From NCBI GenBank assembly GCA_951406725.2, contig OX597823.1, forward strand, positions 92,814,001 through 92,878,000: a stretch of 64,000 nucleotides of DNA. Direction: 5' to 3'. Under the pieces are notes generated by a model. It was not told the origin of the DNA, searched no databases, and was given only the letters and a program-made list of their open reading frames with translations. How positions within the stretch are numbered: the first letter of the stretch is position 1; every line of letters begins with the position of its first letter. The stretch is from Octopus vulgaris (taxonomy: Eukaryota). The position numbers and the translations under genes were made by a program. Positions 27,901 to 41,049 of this stretch are shown here, piece by piece.

Positions 27901-28519
27901 GATAAGTATATATACGCGTACCTACATAGAAACATATACATACATACATGCATTCGTACATAATCACATATATACGAAAGTCCGTACACACTTATAGATA
28001 GGGAAGCACATCAGCTTCAGGCTAAACAACTTGCAATGTTCAACAAGTTGGTGAAAGAGAGAAGTACCTCCCTGATGACTACTTCCTTTTAAACTATCTG
28101 TCCAATCATATCGGCTTCAGTCAAAAGCACTTGAACGCTAGAGATGCAATAATGCATCAGGAACGTAACGGCATTCTTCCCTTGATCTATCGATTAAGAC
28201 TTTTTCTGAGTACTGGCGTTATATAAGAAGTATCAATCGATTTCTAAACCTCGATACTTACTTCTAACACCACCGCCACTACCAGCGACGCAATATCCAC
28301 CACCACTCCTGTCAACCATCTTGTCCGAGATTTCTACATGTATAAACCAAGACGAAATTTTGACAGTGACAGCAGCGATAGTATCTATACAACTGCCAAG
28401 TAATACAGAGATACGAAGAGAACATTTATTAATAACACCGTATGATAATTATTTTTCAGATAAACAAAGAGAGATTATTCGAATGATATATTAGTATATT
28501 ACTGGTATTTCTGTTTTAG

Positions 28520-28600
28520 AGACCTGGGCAATCAGAAAACAAATCGAACGTTATTGATGCAAAAATACATTATAAGGAGATGGAAATAATCCCTGCATAA
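28520..28600 (+). CDS. candidate terminal exon, copy 1 (RPGQSENKSNVIDAKIHYKEMEIIPA*)
   Basis: Follows acceptor TTTCTGTTTTAG. Paralogous to 57018-57098 with frame and stop position conserved. Confidence 0.3.
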   Translation, partial: RPGQSENKSNVIDAKIHYKEMEIIPA

Positions 28601-28814
28601 AACTTGACCCAAGACTACTGAATCTATACAGCTATAGTTTTCACTAACAGTCTTAATAATTAATAAAAAAATAATGGTATGGCTTCAATAATTTAAAGGT
28701 TTTTCGTGTGTGTGTGTGTATGTCTGTGTATTTGTGTGTGTGTGTGTGTGTGTATGTGTGTGTGTGTATGTGTGTGTATGTGTGTGTGTAGTAATTAAAA
28801 TTAGTAGAGCATTA

Positions 28815-29602
28815 GTATTTGGCCGATCCAAAAGTTCGTTCTACTTTTCAAGCAAATGTAAGTTTTAAACAATGCGAAATATTCAAATAATCTTTTCTAC
28901 CGTAAGCACAAGGCCTGCGTTTTGGAGGAGGGGACAGACAATTAAATCGACCTCAGTGCGTAACTGGTACTTATTTCATCGATCCCGAAAAAAAGAAAGG
29001 CGAGATATATTCAAATAATGATATAATTACTGTTTCATGCCATCATCTTCTGCCATCTTGTGAGCAAATCCATTATTCCCCGTTCGAAAAAGTTCCTGCT
29101 CTTACTGGCGAAAAACTATTCCGTTTAAATTTCTGCTCCTTTTTCATGGTCGAAGATTTCTCCATTCAATGAATTTTTTTGAAGAGATCAAAGAAATTAA
29201 AAATGTGAGGCACATGTAATGCCTTCAAAAGCTTCTCATACAAGCAAAACATCCTAGAAAAGATCCAATAACGTCTGTCGGCTGCATGTGCAAAGAAATG
29301 TGAGATCTGGCAATATCGTGATGAAAGACAAGGTCCTTACGATTAGAAACTGTTAGACGCTTCAGGTGGATCGCTACAATTTAATTTGTCCCGCTGATAA
29401 CAGTTCACAACCGAATTGATGGTCCTGTCTACGGAAAACACCCTATCGATCCTTTCAAATTGAAAGCATAACTCACTCCGGATGAAGTCCTGCTGTGGAG
29501 GTTGCTTGTAGTGGTTCGCTGCGTTTACTCCCATTACTGCTTGTGTTTCACGTTGTTACACGAGATCAATTGTGCAAGGGACCAACATAACGTTCGGCCA
29601 AC
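28815..29602 (-). mobile_element. decayed mariner with a SINE B fragment inside (~28895-29003)
   Basis: TIR-like ends TATTTGGCCGATCCAAAAGTTCG / ACGTTCGGCCAACATAA and C-terminal remnant FFASKSRNFFERGIMDLLTRWQKMM. Confidence 0.6.
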
Positions 29603-30484
29603 ATAACGGCATCAGCATTACCATTGATAGCACCACCTGAAAACATGAAAATATCAGTGCTGAAATGTGTGTGGATATTTTAGTTCAAATCACTCCCTCT
29701 TGCTGTTTCCCACACAAACCCAAACAAGTATGTTCTCAAATACTCACACAAGAACAAACACACAAGCAGAGGTATATATGCATACATACAAATATACATA
29801 TGCAGATATATATATATATACATATATATGTGTGTGTGTGTGTGTCACATACGCGCGCTCGCGCACTGCCGCGCACATACGCGTGAACACAAGCACGCAC
29901 ACACATTCGCACACATATGTGTATCTGCTTTAAGTATGTTACAGAGATTGCTATTTAAAATTAATACTGCTTGTGTCGCACAGATCGAATACATATACAT
30001 ATATGTATTTACATACAATTATACATAGATACTTACACACGCACATACACACACACGCATATATATATATGAATATGTTTGAGTATGTGTATGCGCATGC
30101 GTGTGTTTGCGTGTGTTTGTGTTTGTATGTGTGTCATATGTCTACAGTGACTGCATCCAGTTGGCATTTCTGTATCAAATTAGAAAGCTACATTTACTTT
30201 GATGAGTCAACGATTAAAGCACCGATGCATTTATTTGATCGAGAGAGAGCGAAAAAAATCGTAATTTAAGCTCACTTCAAAAATGAAAGACCATTATGTA
30301 AAACGTAGCTTTGATAAACATCTGTAAAAGAAAGATGCAGAAGTCAGTTAAAACGCATTTCACTCAACATTTCCTTGACTATAATATACTCGGGGTTAAA
30401 TGAATAATAAATTTTGTTGTAAAATAATGGTGATATTTTAAAATTCACACCTTCCACCTGCGCTTGTGTAATATACAATCTTCA

Positions 30485-30709
<225 letters not shown>

Positions 30710-31800
30710 CAATATAAGAAACTACATTTAGTTAGTGAGTGAAATAATGTCAATAATACACAAGTAATTATAAATACGGTAAATATTATACGTATCACCA
30801 ACATCACATATTTCAGCTATAGCCTGTAGGTTTACCAATCTCGAATATTGAATGAACATATTAACACAAGCATTAGTATCTAACAAATGACAGTTTGACA
30901 CTCAATTAAATATATGAATATATTTTAGTCGTTTATTTCATTGAACCGCGGCCATGAAAATGTTTGTAACATCAAGCATCAGAACACAGAACCTGGCAAC
31001 AGTCTTACCTTTCCTTAGTTCAAAGATTTCGACAAAATCCAGTCCAGCATAGAGGCTAACTTCATATGAGAACACCCGCCAAATGCTGCTCCCTCTAAAG
31101 GAAAAACTAACTTCTCATTGTGGTGTTGCGGTACGGACTAATGCAGACTTGTCGTCCATTTAAGAAAACATGTAGTAAACGATCCACAAGCACTCGAGCA
31201 AACTGAGTTCTCAACTTACCAAAAGATTGGCAATGCACCAGCAGACCTCAAGAGACTTCCATAAAACACGATTATCGTTTTACTTTACCGAACCCTGATT
31301 TGTCGTTCACGAGGAGAGAATTCATCGCGGGTGCGCTTGTGTGTGTACGTGTATGAATGTAGATGCAGCTTTCACACAGTTTAGAGCAACAAGATTTACT
31401 CACAAGGTATTGGTAGCCCCGGTGTTACAGTAGAAGACATTTGCTTAATTTTCCCCGCAATGGGACTGAACCAAAAGCCACGTTGTTGCTAAGCAAGCTT
31501 CTGAACCACACCGCCATACCTGCACTGTTTAGCTACGTCAGGCAACATTCTCATTTAAAACGTGTTAAACGTTCAGCGATGAGAGTCATCCGTTACCTTT
31601 ATAAATTCCTGGTGTCAGTCGTTGATGTCTCAAATGACTATCGCAACCGCTTAGTTTCCTAAACTTTTATATCAGTCGACTCATATTTAATCATTGTTAT
31701 ATGTTGATGTGAATTATTTATATACAGATATGAGCTTCATATAGATCACTTTCTCAATGATAAATTGTCTCTCCATTCTGTAAATTTAGTTTATTAATGT

Positions 31801-31868
<68 letters not shown>

Positions 31869-31996
31869 CAAATATATATTATATATTATATATTATATAT
31901 GTATTTTATATATATATACATATATATATATTATATTATATTATATAAATATATATAAATATATATATACATATATATATATATATTACATTATAT

Positions 31997-32052
<56 letters not shown>

Positions 32053-33503
32053 ATGCAGAGAAATTTAAACAACGGATGTAGTTTGATTAATGTCGCTTGG
32101 TTTAACAGAATAAACTTATTGATAGAATAGCACCTGGAATCAAGACAAAGGGTATGAATTGGTGCTTGATTGATGAACAGTAGCGTCAGTGTTTTAGTAT
32201 ATAAACGTTTACAAATTCTAAGAAACACATCAGCGATATTTAATAGATTTCTTTTCCTTAAATAATTTATTACAAGGCGCTGCAACCAAGCTTACTTGGA
32301 TACTCAATCTTCTGGATACAACATTAAATCTTCCTGAAATAAAATCTAGCTGTGTGAAGGAGTTCGTAGTAACAAGGCCATTCACAGGAAAGATGAAAGT
32401 AAAACGCCTTTACATAAACTTTTAGAATTCCCAGGAAAATCACTATGTACCTGTCAAGGTATGTTAAAATGATTAGTTATTTATGTTGGGATACTTTCTT
32501 CCAGACCTACCTTCTTCGGAAGATGTAAAAAACATTTGTCTCATCCATTTTTGCTATGTACACGACACCAAGCAAATTGTGACCAGAAACATTGTTGTCC
32601 AGCAAATTGTGTCCAGCAAACTCATTAACATGTTTTCGAAAGTCCAAGGTGAATGCAAATAATGACCATCAGGCGTTTTACGTTGGTTTTGAAAAAATCA
32701 ATGGAATTAGCAATTAAGGTTTTCTGGTGAACAAAGTTAATTTGTAGGATGTCATCTACGTCACACTTTTTTAATTACCTTCACATGAAGCAGATTATAT
32801 TCCGGGTTGAAAAAATATCAATTAAAATTTGTTTTATTATTCAACATGAATCAATAGAATTCAAGAGTTACGACTTCCAACTTTCATAACTTGTGACCCT
32901 GATTAACACATATTTCACGAGAAAAATGGCCCTAGAAATAACATAGTTATACATAATGAAGTTCTACCAAAATGGCTTTAGAAACGGTAGGAATTGTTGA
33001 CAAAAGGTCGCTATGATTGTGGTCGATAAACAGCTATTAAAAACATTTTGAAAAAAATGTCATTTCTCAAGCGTGTTTGAATTCTTTCATTGAAATTCAT
33101 CGATAAAGGAATGCTTACGTTGCATTGTTCTTATGCCAGACGGCATTCTCAGAAATGGAATTATTTCAATATTCTCGTTTGTTAAATATTTCGCATATAT
33201 GTATATATTTTCAAATTTATTAAGGCTAATTTGTTTCATATTCCAAACAGAAAAAATGTCTTCATGCACACACATACGCAGACATTTCCAAAGAAGCTAT
33301 ATGTATTTAGCGCTTCAATTGGCGGAAATTGGTGTCAGCACGCAGTTTAGCTTAATTGGAAGACTACTCAGCCTGCTGGCTACGGCCATACTGTGTTCAA
33401 AATATTAATTCCTCGTCTGTATCGAACGACACACATTCGACGGTCCAAAAAGCAAAAGGATGCTAGTTTACTTAGTTTACATATGTTGTAACATATATGT
33501 ATG

Positions 33504-33548
<45 letters not shown>

Positions 33549-33579
33549 ATAAAACGGTAAGATAACAAATGGAGCTTGC

Positions 33580-33993
33580 ATGTCCAAGACCATCATATAT
33601 GAAGCTACCGTAAACTCTATAACCACTAAAGACACCGTTTCGACGAAGAAATACGTGGGCCTTACAGAGGGTAATTTCAAGGCCAGGTTCAATAACCACA
33701 CTTTGAGCTTTAGGCACTGGAACAAAAGAAAAGCGACACAATTATCTAATCATATTTGGTCTTTAAGAGATAAAGGTGTCGATTATAACATACAATGGAA
33801 GATTTTGGCCAGATGTAAGCCCTATACCAACGGCAGCGGAAGGTGCGGTCTATGCGACATGGAGAGATGGCTTATCTGGAAAAGCAGCTTAGACCCTACT
33901 ACATGTCTAAATACAAGGACAGAGCTTTTCGGATCATGCCCACATGTGACTAAATTTCTGTTATGTTTTTGGTCCCCTAAAGAAAACAGATAG
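33580..33993 (+). CDS. PLE GIY-YIG endonuclease domain (fragment)
   Basis: IIYEA..KKYVGLTEGNFKARFNNHTLSF..TQLSNHIWSL..WKIL..CGLCDME..LNTRTE..CPH. Confidence 0.85.
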   Translation: MSKTIIYEATVNSITTKDTVSTKKYVGLTEGNFKARFNNHTLSFRHWNKRKATQLSNHIWSLRDKGVDYNIQWKILARCKPYTNGSGRCGLCDMERWLIWKSSLDPTTCLNTRTELFGSCPHVTKFLLCFWSPKENR

Positions 33994-34185
33994 AACATGC
34001 TTTCTATGTTATGTCCCAAGAAGAATTTATATATTTTTGTATATTTTTATATATTTTTTATGTATTTTTATATAATTTTTATGACGTAAAATGCGAGCGA
34101 TGTATAAGTACGCAGGCAAGCAGAGTTATAACACAGTAATTTCCCTTTATTTAACGGTATTTTTTCATAGCGTTTTCAAATAGCC

Positions 34186-34248
34186 AGATAACCGAAGAGA
34201 TAGTGTTGTGGATTTCCACTTCGGCATCTGAAACTCAGAGTTTTATCT
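34186..34248 (+). ncRNA. degenerate type I hammerhead ribozyme
   Basis: AGATAA-CCGAAGA-[GAT..ATC]T-GAAA-CTCAGAG-TT-TTATCT. Core has a U4>C change. Confidence 0.55.
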
Positions 34249-34545
34249 TGACTACCGAGTAATGTAACATATTATTGTATATATATATATATATATATAC
34301 AAAATTTGACTTACTTATTTTTACACTTTGGTTCTTTGCCGAGTTTATTCTTGAGAACACATTCCTCGTGGAAAATGGCGATTTGACGTCTATATCTAGC
34401 ATATAGGCTGTCCACTTTTAGTGGTCCGTCCTCTAAATTTTGTATGTAAACAAATTTTAATCTTCGGGTTTTTTAAAAATATGCTAGGCCACTGGTTTTA
34501 ATTGATTACTATCAACTCCTACTTTTATTTAATTTTATATATATG

Positions 34546-34610
<65 letters not shown>

Positions 34611-34839
34611 GTCAAGGACTTACGTTACGGATCTTTTATCGAAAATTATTGACTTTTGGTTGGGTTATAAGGGGTATTTATTCTGGTGTCTCGGATGGCA
34701 TAGATTGAGTAGAAGATATTGTCTGGGCTCCATAGATGTTCTTTAAATGCCGTTCCTTTTGGGTTGTGATTTTCTTTATTAAGGTGTTATGGTTATGGAT
34801 GTATTCGCTGGAGAATTGTATATTTTTATAAATTTGAAA

Positions 34840-34900
<61 letters not shown>

Positions 34901-35162
34901 CAATTAAGGACAACTACTTAATAAGGAAAACTTAACAAGAAATTGTCAGGTAGATAGCGTGAAAACCTCATAAGAGAAAAAATTTCGAAAATAATTATTT
35001 CTTATTGAACATATTAATTTATATATAGAGGGCATTATACATACATGCCAGATGGCATTATACATACATGCCACACGCTAAGTGGGACAATTAGTCATTT
35101 CTACCAAAAAATATTACTAATCCCACCGAATGCAATTTTTCAAAGTAAGACATTCAAAAAAT

Positions 35163-35210
35163 AGACCTGTATCACAGTGATTTCATACTTACGTATTCAT
35201 CAGCAGGCCT
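35163..35210 (-). ncRNA. minimal type I hammerhead ribozyme
   Basis: AGGCCTG-CTGATGA-ATAC(GTAA)GTAT-GAAA-TCACTGTGA-TA-CAGGTCT. All core nucleotides and all three stems are present. Confidence 0.88.
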
Positions 35211-35637
35211 GGATATATCATACATAAACGACCCTGCCTCGCTTAAGCCGATCAGCTTACTGATCAACATCAACGAAGCACATGGGTGAGTTTACATATA
35301 TTACATCCTGTAAATGTCAGACTTTTTACGAATTGCATTTCGGGAAAGGAAAAGTTTTTTCGGAATAAAAATTTAGCAATTAAGGACAACTACTTAATAA
35401 GGAAAACTTAACAAGAAATTGTCAGGTAGATAGCGTGAAAACCTCATAAGAGAAAAAATTTCGAAAATAATTATTTCTTATTGAACATATTAATTTATAT
35501 ATAGAGGGCATTATACATACATGCCAGATGGCATTATACATACATGCCACACGCTAAGAGGGACAATTAGTCATTTCTACCAAAAATATTACTAATCCCA
35601 CCGAATGCAATTTTTCAAAGTAAGACATTTAAAAAAT

Positions 35638-35685
35638 AGACCTGTATCACAGTGATTTCATACTTACGTATTCATCAGCAGGCCT
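35638..35685 (-). ncRNA. minimal type I hammerhead ribozyme (second unit)
   Basis: Identical to 35163-35210. Confidence 0.88.
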
Positions 35686-35967
35686 GGATATATCATACAT
35701 AAACGACCCTGCCTCGCTTAAGCCGATCAGCTAACTGATCAACATCAACGAAGCACATGGGTGAGTTTACATATATTACATCCTGTAAATGTCAGACTTT
35801 TTACGAATTGCATTTCGGGAAAGGAAAAGTTTTTTCGGAATAAAAATTTAGCAATTAAGGACAACTACTTAATAAGGAAAACTTAACAAGAAATTGTCAG
35901 GTAGATAGCGTGAAAACCTCATAAGAGAAAAAATTTCGAAAATAATTATTTCTTATTGAACATATTG

Positions 35968-36009
<42 letters not shown>

Positions 36010-36010
<1 letters not shown>

Positions 36011-36310
36011 ATAATTCTGTTGTCGAATGCTTCAAATTCTTGTAATTTCTCATTGGTTACATTCCACTATATGAAGCAATCGTCGAGTTACTTTTGCCTG
36101 TTTTCTCGTATAGATCTGAAAAAATGTTCTCATATCATCGCAGGGATTTTATTTTCAACTCCTAAATTTCAATCCCATAAAGTCTGCTTTATTTGTTCCT
36201 TATTTCCATCATGGAGTCAACGTGGCAATACAATGTTATTATGCAAGCTACGATGTCTATTAAATTTTCTCCTTCCATCCACCCCAAACATTGTAGATGA
36301 GTCCTCATTC
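36010..36310 (-). pseudogene. decayed Penelope-like RT core fragment
   Basis: Remnants GTNKADFMG and K*LDDCFI*WN..EKLQEF. Confidence 0.5.
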
Positions 36311-36311
36311 T

Positions 36312-36399
36312 AAAATAATAATAATAATAATAACAATAATATTAATAATAATAATAATAACAACAACAACAACAACAATAACAACAACAGCAGCAGCAG

Positions 36400-36488
<89 letters not shown>
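36312..36488. repeat. (AAT)/(AAC)n microsatellite
   Basis: Direct reading. Confidence 0.97.
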
Positions 36489-36489
36489 T

Positions 36490-37102
36490 CAAATACAGAA
36501 TAGACAACATATCAGAAAGTGATAAGTGCAGAATTTGTAGACAAAATGTTGAAGCCGTATGGTATATTACCAGTCATTATACACCATTTGCCCAGAATCA
36601 ATATAGAAACATCATGAAAATATGCCAACGATTTCGATTGGACACTTTGCAACAAGTATAGACTTGACAGAGCAAAAAGGTGGTACGAACATAAACCCGA
36701 AGACCTCATCGAAAATGATAATGCGAAGATCCTAGAATTCTATTAGATTTTATGATTCAGTGCGACCATTAGATTGAGAATAGGAAACCAGACGTAGTAT
36801 TAATTGAGAAAGAAAGTAAATGATGCTGGATCATAGATATTGCATGTCCAGCTGACAACATGGTGTGCGGTAAGGAAGAAAGAAAAATCGATAGATATGA
36901 CAGGGTAGTTTGGGAGGTTGAGCAGTCCTGGTCGCTGAAAAAGGTGCTAGTAGTAACAATAATTTTCGGAACATTGGGAACAATGAGTAAAAATCTTGAG
37001 AAGTACGTGGAACATATAGGGGCTGCAATAAGGGTGGAGCACTTGCAGGAAACTGCACTGCTTGGTACCGCTCGAATACTCCAGGTGGTGCTTGAAAAGT
37101 AA
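36490..37102 (+). pseudogene. R4/Dong-like LINE 3' fragment (CCHC plus RLE endonuclease)
   Basis: DKCRICRQNVE, WYEHKP, RKPDVVLIEK..CWIIDIACPAD..KEERKIDRY and LQETALLGTARILQVVL*. Confidence 0.85.
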
Positions 37103-37319
37103 TTTATTACATAGAGTTCCATCCTGATTATTGATTTCAAAGTTTGGGACAAGGCCAGAGTTTTGCCGGCGAGTGTAAATCGATTACATGGAGGCCTTTT
37201 ACGACTGGTAATCATTTTATCGATCCACAAAATGATGAAAAGTAATTTGAACTCAAAACGTAAGACGGATGAACTGCCGATAAACATTTTCCCAGGGGTG
37301 CTAGCGATTCATTCTACTG

Positions 37320-37706
37320 GAGGCACAAGACCTCAAATATTAGGCGAGGGGATTGACGATTACATCGATCCCAGTGCGTAACTGGCACTTATCTAATCGA
37401 CCCCCGAAAGGATATAAGGCAAAGTTGACCTCGGCGGAATTTGAACTCTGAACGTAGCGGCAGGCGAAACACCTATTTCTTTACTTCCCACAAGGGGCTA
37501 AATACAAAGGGGACAAACAAGGACAGACACACACAGATTAAGTCGATTATATCGATCCCATTGTGTAACTGGTACTTATTTAATCGACCCCGAAAGGATG
37601 AAAGGCAAAGTCGACCTCGGCGGAATTTGAACTCAGAACGTAGCGGCAGACAAAATACCGCTAAGCATTTCGCTCGGCGTGCTAACGCTTCTGCCAGCTC
37701 ACCGCT
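37320..37706 (-). mobile_element. dimeric SINE family B
   Basis: Two Meta-like domains separated by a TATTTCTTTACT.CCCACAAGGGG segment. Confidence 0.85.
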
Positions 37707-39167
37707 TTAGTCCCATCCAGAATATTACAAATATTACAAATTAAATTGTCGGACGAGGTGTAGTTTGATCTGAGAGCGTAAAGTGATGTAACTAAATATT
37801 GTACATGCCACCGAATACGAAACTAATATTTTCAGTTAATGTAGTTATAAGATACAATAACTCTAAGCGTACAGTTATAAGATGCTGTAATGGTTATGTC
37901 TTTCACAAGAACATGTGATTGATAATGAAGTGTGCTTGTATTTCTGAAAATCGAAACCAGTTCATGCTTCCTATTGGCCAAATTTTAGGCCACTTAGCAT
38001 AAAATCAATATTACCACTAAAATCTTAAGCGTGTTACTTTACACCAGAAGAATTTATTTCTTGTCAGCTAAAATCTCTGTGAATATTTCTGTCATTCTTT
38101 GAAAAGTTTTAAAGTTCGAAACAGCTTCGTAGTACCTAACGTGAATAAAAAAATTCCCTTATCGAAATTAAACAATCTGTTTGCATGTCACTTTTGCTGC
38201 GCTTAGATGTGGTTTAGCTACTGTCAGGTTGCTGTTTAGAAATCTTAATCTAACTGATAATATATAAGGCTTCGGAGTTGGAAAATGAGAAAATAAATGC
38301 TTACAGTTTTTATATGTAACAATAAATTTCTATTTAAATACTCATACTACACAGCAAGGTTAATCCTCAGCTTTGCGTTGTTGCTTTCGGTTGTAATAAC
38401 GTGAGAGGCTTCAGAAACCGAAGAAACAACAGCTGTCTCATCGACGGCCGCTCATTTTGGACTATAAAATCTTTTGCTTCTATATAACACCTTCAACTCC
38501 ACCCGCTACTCTCGTTGCTGTGTGATTTGGTCTTTTACAGATGATGGCAAATGTCAAATTTGTCAATAGCGATAAATAAGTATAAGCAGCGGTACATCTT
38601 GAGAAGTCAGCACAGAGATCAACTAAACGAACTTAAATCCATATAACGGCGGCTTAAGAATGCTTGTAGTAAAGACTATAACTGTCGCTGACTTTTAGCA
38701 CCTTTCCTTGCAGAACTATAAAACACTCAAGACTTTTGTAGAAAGTTTTCTAACCAACACAAAGAGAAACACAAATACAAAACAAAGGCGTTGGAATCTC
38801 TCTAAAATATTTGTTATTGTTGCTATTTGATTGAAAACATTCTTTCTCTACAGTTTGTTAGATTCGAAATATACGGACTTTTATGCTTTCTAGCTAGCCA
38901 GCTGCTGTTAAGCGTTGCAGTGATGAGTACAGGACTTCAGGCTTTTCGTGTATGCGTCAAAAGTTCATACTCTGGTTGTTGACTGTAAAATATTTAATAT
39001 TAAAGTACACCAAGCTGCAAAAGAATAGTTTGTGTAAACAATGTTGTGGACGCTAACAGTTAGATAAACTTAATTGTTCCGTTAGATCGGACGAAAACGT
39101 TCAAATTCTCCTTTGAATAATAACTAAAGAAGTTTTTTTCTTGATTTTTGTAAAGTAATAAATGATT

Positions 39168-39390
39168 GTTAAGTTAAGTTAATTTTTTGGGCTCAACAAG
39201 CAAAAAGCAAGGCCATGTAGGGGGACATGGAGTTATGTACGGGGAGGGTGTTCATGCAAAGAGTTCAGGCCATTTCTGGTCAAGAGAGACTTTGAACCGA
39301 GCGGTCGTCGGCATCTTCACTATATCGTCCGGCAGCTTATTCCACGGATCCGCAACCCGGACGGAGAAAGCCCCTCTCCTTCGATTGGAA
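39168..39390 (-). mobile_element. CR1-like LINE 3' end
   Basis: NRRRGAFSVRVADPWNKLPDDIVKMPTTARFKVSLD, a short UTR and a (TTAAC)n tail. Confidence 0.8.
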
Positions 39391-41049
39391 AGAAAAATAG
39401 TTATTCCAAGTAATGATAGACAAAAAGTGCGATTTATTAATCTAATAAATGCACAAATTAACCTTTAGTGCCTATTTGTTGTGAAGTTGCATGACTTTGT
39501 TGTTGGAGGGGCTGCACTAAAGATTCTCGAACTGGGAGCTATATTCTGGAGAAAAGTATTTCATGTCACTCTAGTTCACATAACTGTAAATGTTTAACTA
39601 TAGGATGGGCTGGCGTCTCCTCCAGGGGAATATTGTGATCTCTACCACACATACGCCTTGGAAACTGGGCAACTGACCCATTGAAGCCTAGGATTTGAAA
39701 CAATATTTACCTATCAGTTCCATGAATGTCTCCTGTTTCTCATGGTACATAATGCTATACCGCATTTTTTAATCATCAATAATGATTAGATAGGAATCAT
39801 CCAGGTGTTCTAAAGAAGAATTCTTCGAAATATATTGACACTTATAAAGGGTTGCTGAAAGTCCCTGGCTTTAAGGCTATGTTGAGAGGCAAGGCTGGAG
39901 CCCCAACTTTCCGAGTTCTTTTACATGGCTTACAAAAACAGAAGGACCACTGCAGTGAGTGTGAATGTAAGGAGAATATATTGAATTTCTTTTATCCGAA
40001 ACCAGGATCTTTTCACCATCCCCTCTTATTCAGAATAGATATTCCCTATTCTTTTTTAAAGTTGTAACCTGTTTCAACGAAGGTCAGTGATTTTTGAACA
40101 ATAGTTCAAATACTTCAACTTGACATCCTACGAATTCTAAATCAGCACTTCTTTTCCTCATGTAGTTTTGAAATCGAGTAAATATTTAGATATATCTGTA
40201 TTCAAATCTGTAGAATAAATATTGAGAGAAGATAAATATCGTTGATTTTGGATTTAAAGATTTCTTTCACAAATTGGTTGTAATAGCAGTAAATCGGATT
40301 TCAAAATGGATCGCAAATTTATTATTTAACAGCTTTCATGTATGTTTTCTAAGTCTGCCTTCTAAGACTTAATGCATGTTTTCTAAGTCCGTTTTCTTAC
40401 CAATTCCTCACAAGTCTTCATGATTAGATGATAGACTTCTGCGATCACAATCAAATATGGTTTCCATAAAACTTCTCCGTGGCGCTTTTAGTTTATAAAT
40501 TTTCTGTTCGTTTTTAGTGTTTACAAGTATTTCATGTTAGGTCTACATCATAAAACGAAGAACTTACAATTGTCACATTTCTCATTGTTCAAGAACTTAG
40601 GGTTATAGTGTTCCTTCGAAAGAGATAAATAGTACTGCTTGAAACTATTTAAAACACATGTAATATTCCAAACATTGGAGTAGCAAATTCTGGATTTCAA
40701 AATAGATTCCAGCCAACGCAAATTCGCATGGCTTAGAACTAATTACTGTTTAAAGTTCGGGGCCGCATCGGGCCAGTTTCTGTAGTGTATAAGTGACCGT
40801 CATCACAACAGTTTCCGCGAACGAGTCTCTAATCCAAAGATTTACAAATGAGCGGAATCGAGCAACGTAAAACGAAGCGCTGCCCAATTCTGGAATCGAA
40901 ACCACAATTTTACTACAGTGAATGCAACACAATAACCACTAACCCACGTCCATTCACATCATTTACAAACTACCTGAAAATTGAACGATTATGTGTTTTT
41001 CAACAATCACTCAAATGATTTTTGAATGATACAAACCTCCTTCTAGGTA

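Larger units (their letters stand above)
33548..34530 (+). mobile_element. 5'-truncated Naiad-like Penelope element (GIY-YIG plus pLTR)
   Basis: ORF 33580-33993, then non-coding pLTR with an HHR-like motif. Flanked by (TA)n. Confidence 0.8.
34899..35966 (-). repeat. 475-bp tandem repeat (~2.25 units) with hammerheads; retrozyme-like or tandem pLTR
   Basis: Units start at 34900, 35376 and 35851. By eye units 1 and 2 differ by 3 substitutions and 1 indel. Flanked by (TA)n. Confidence 0.95.

Noticed and set aside
32280-33100. Possible old DNA-transposon debris (also 38100-39150, 46050-46640, 62640-63600)
   Set aside because: No motif or terminus clear enough to support a call by eye.
34899-35966. 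CRISPR array or ordinary satellite interpretation
   Set aside because: Eukaryotic context, no spacers, only ~2.25 long units, and each complete unit contains a ribozyme.
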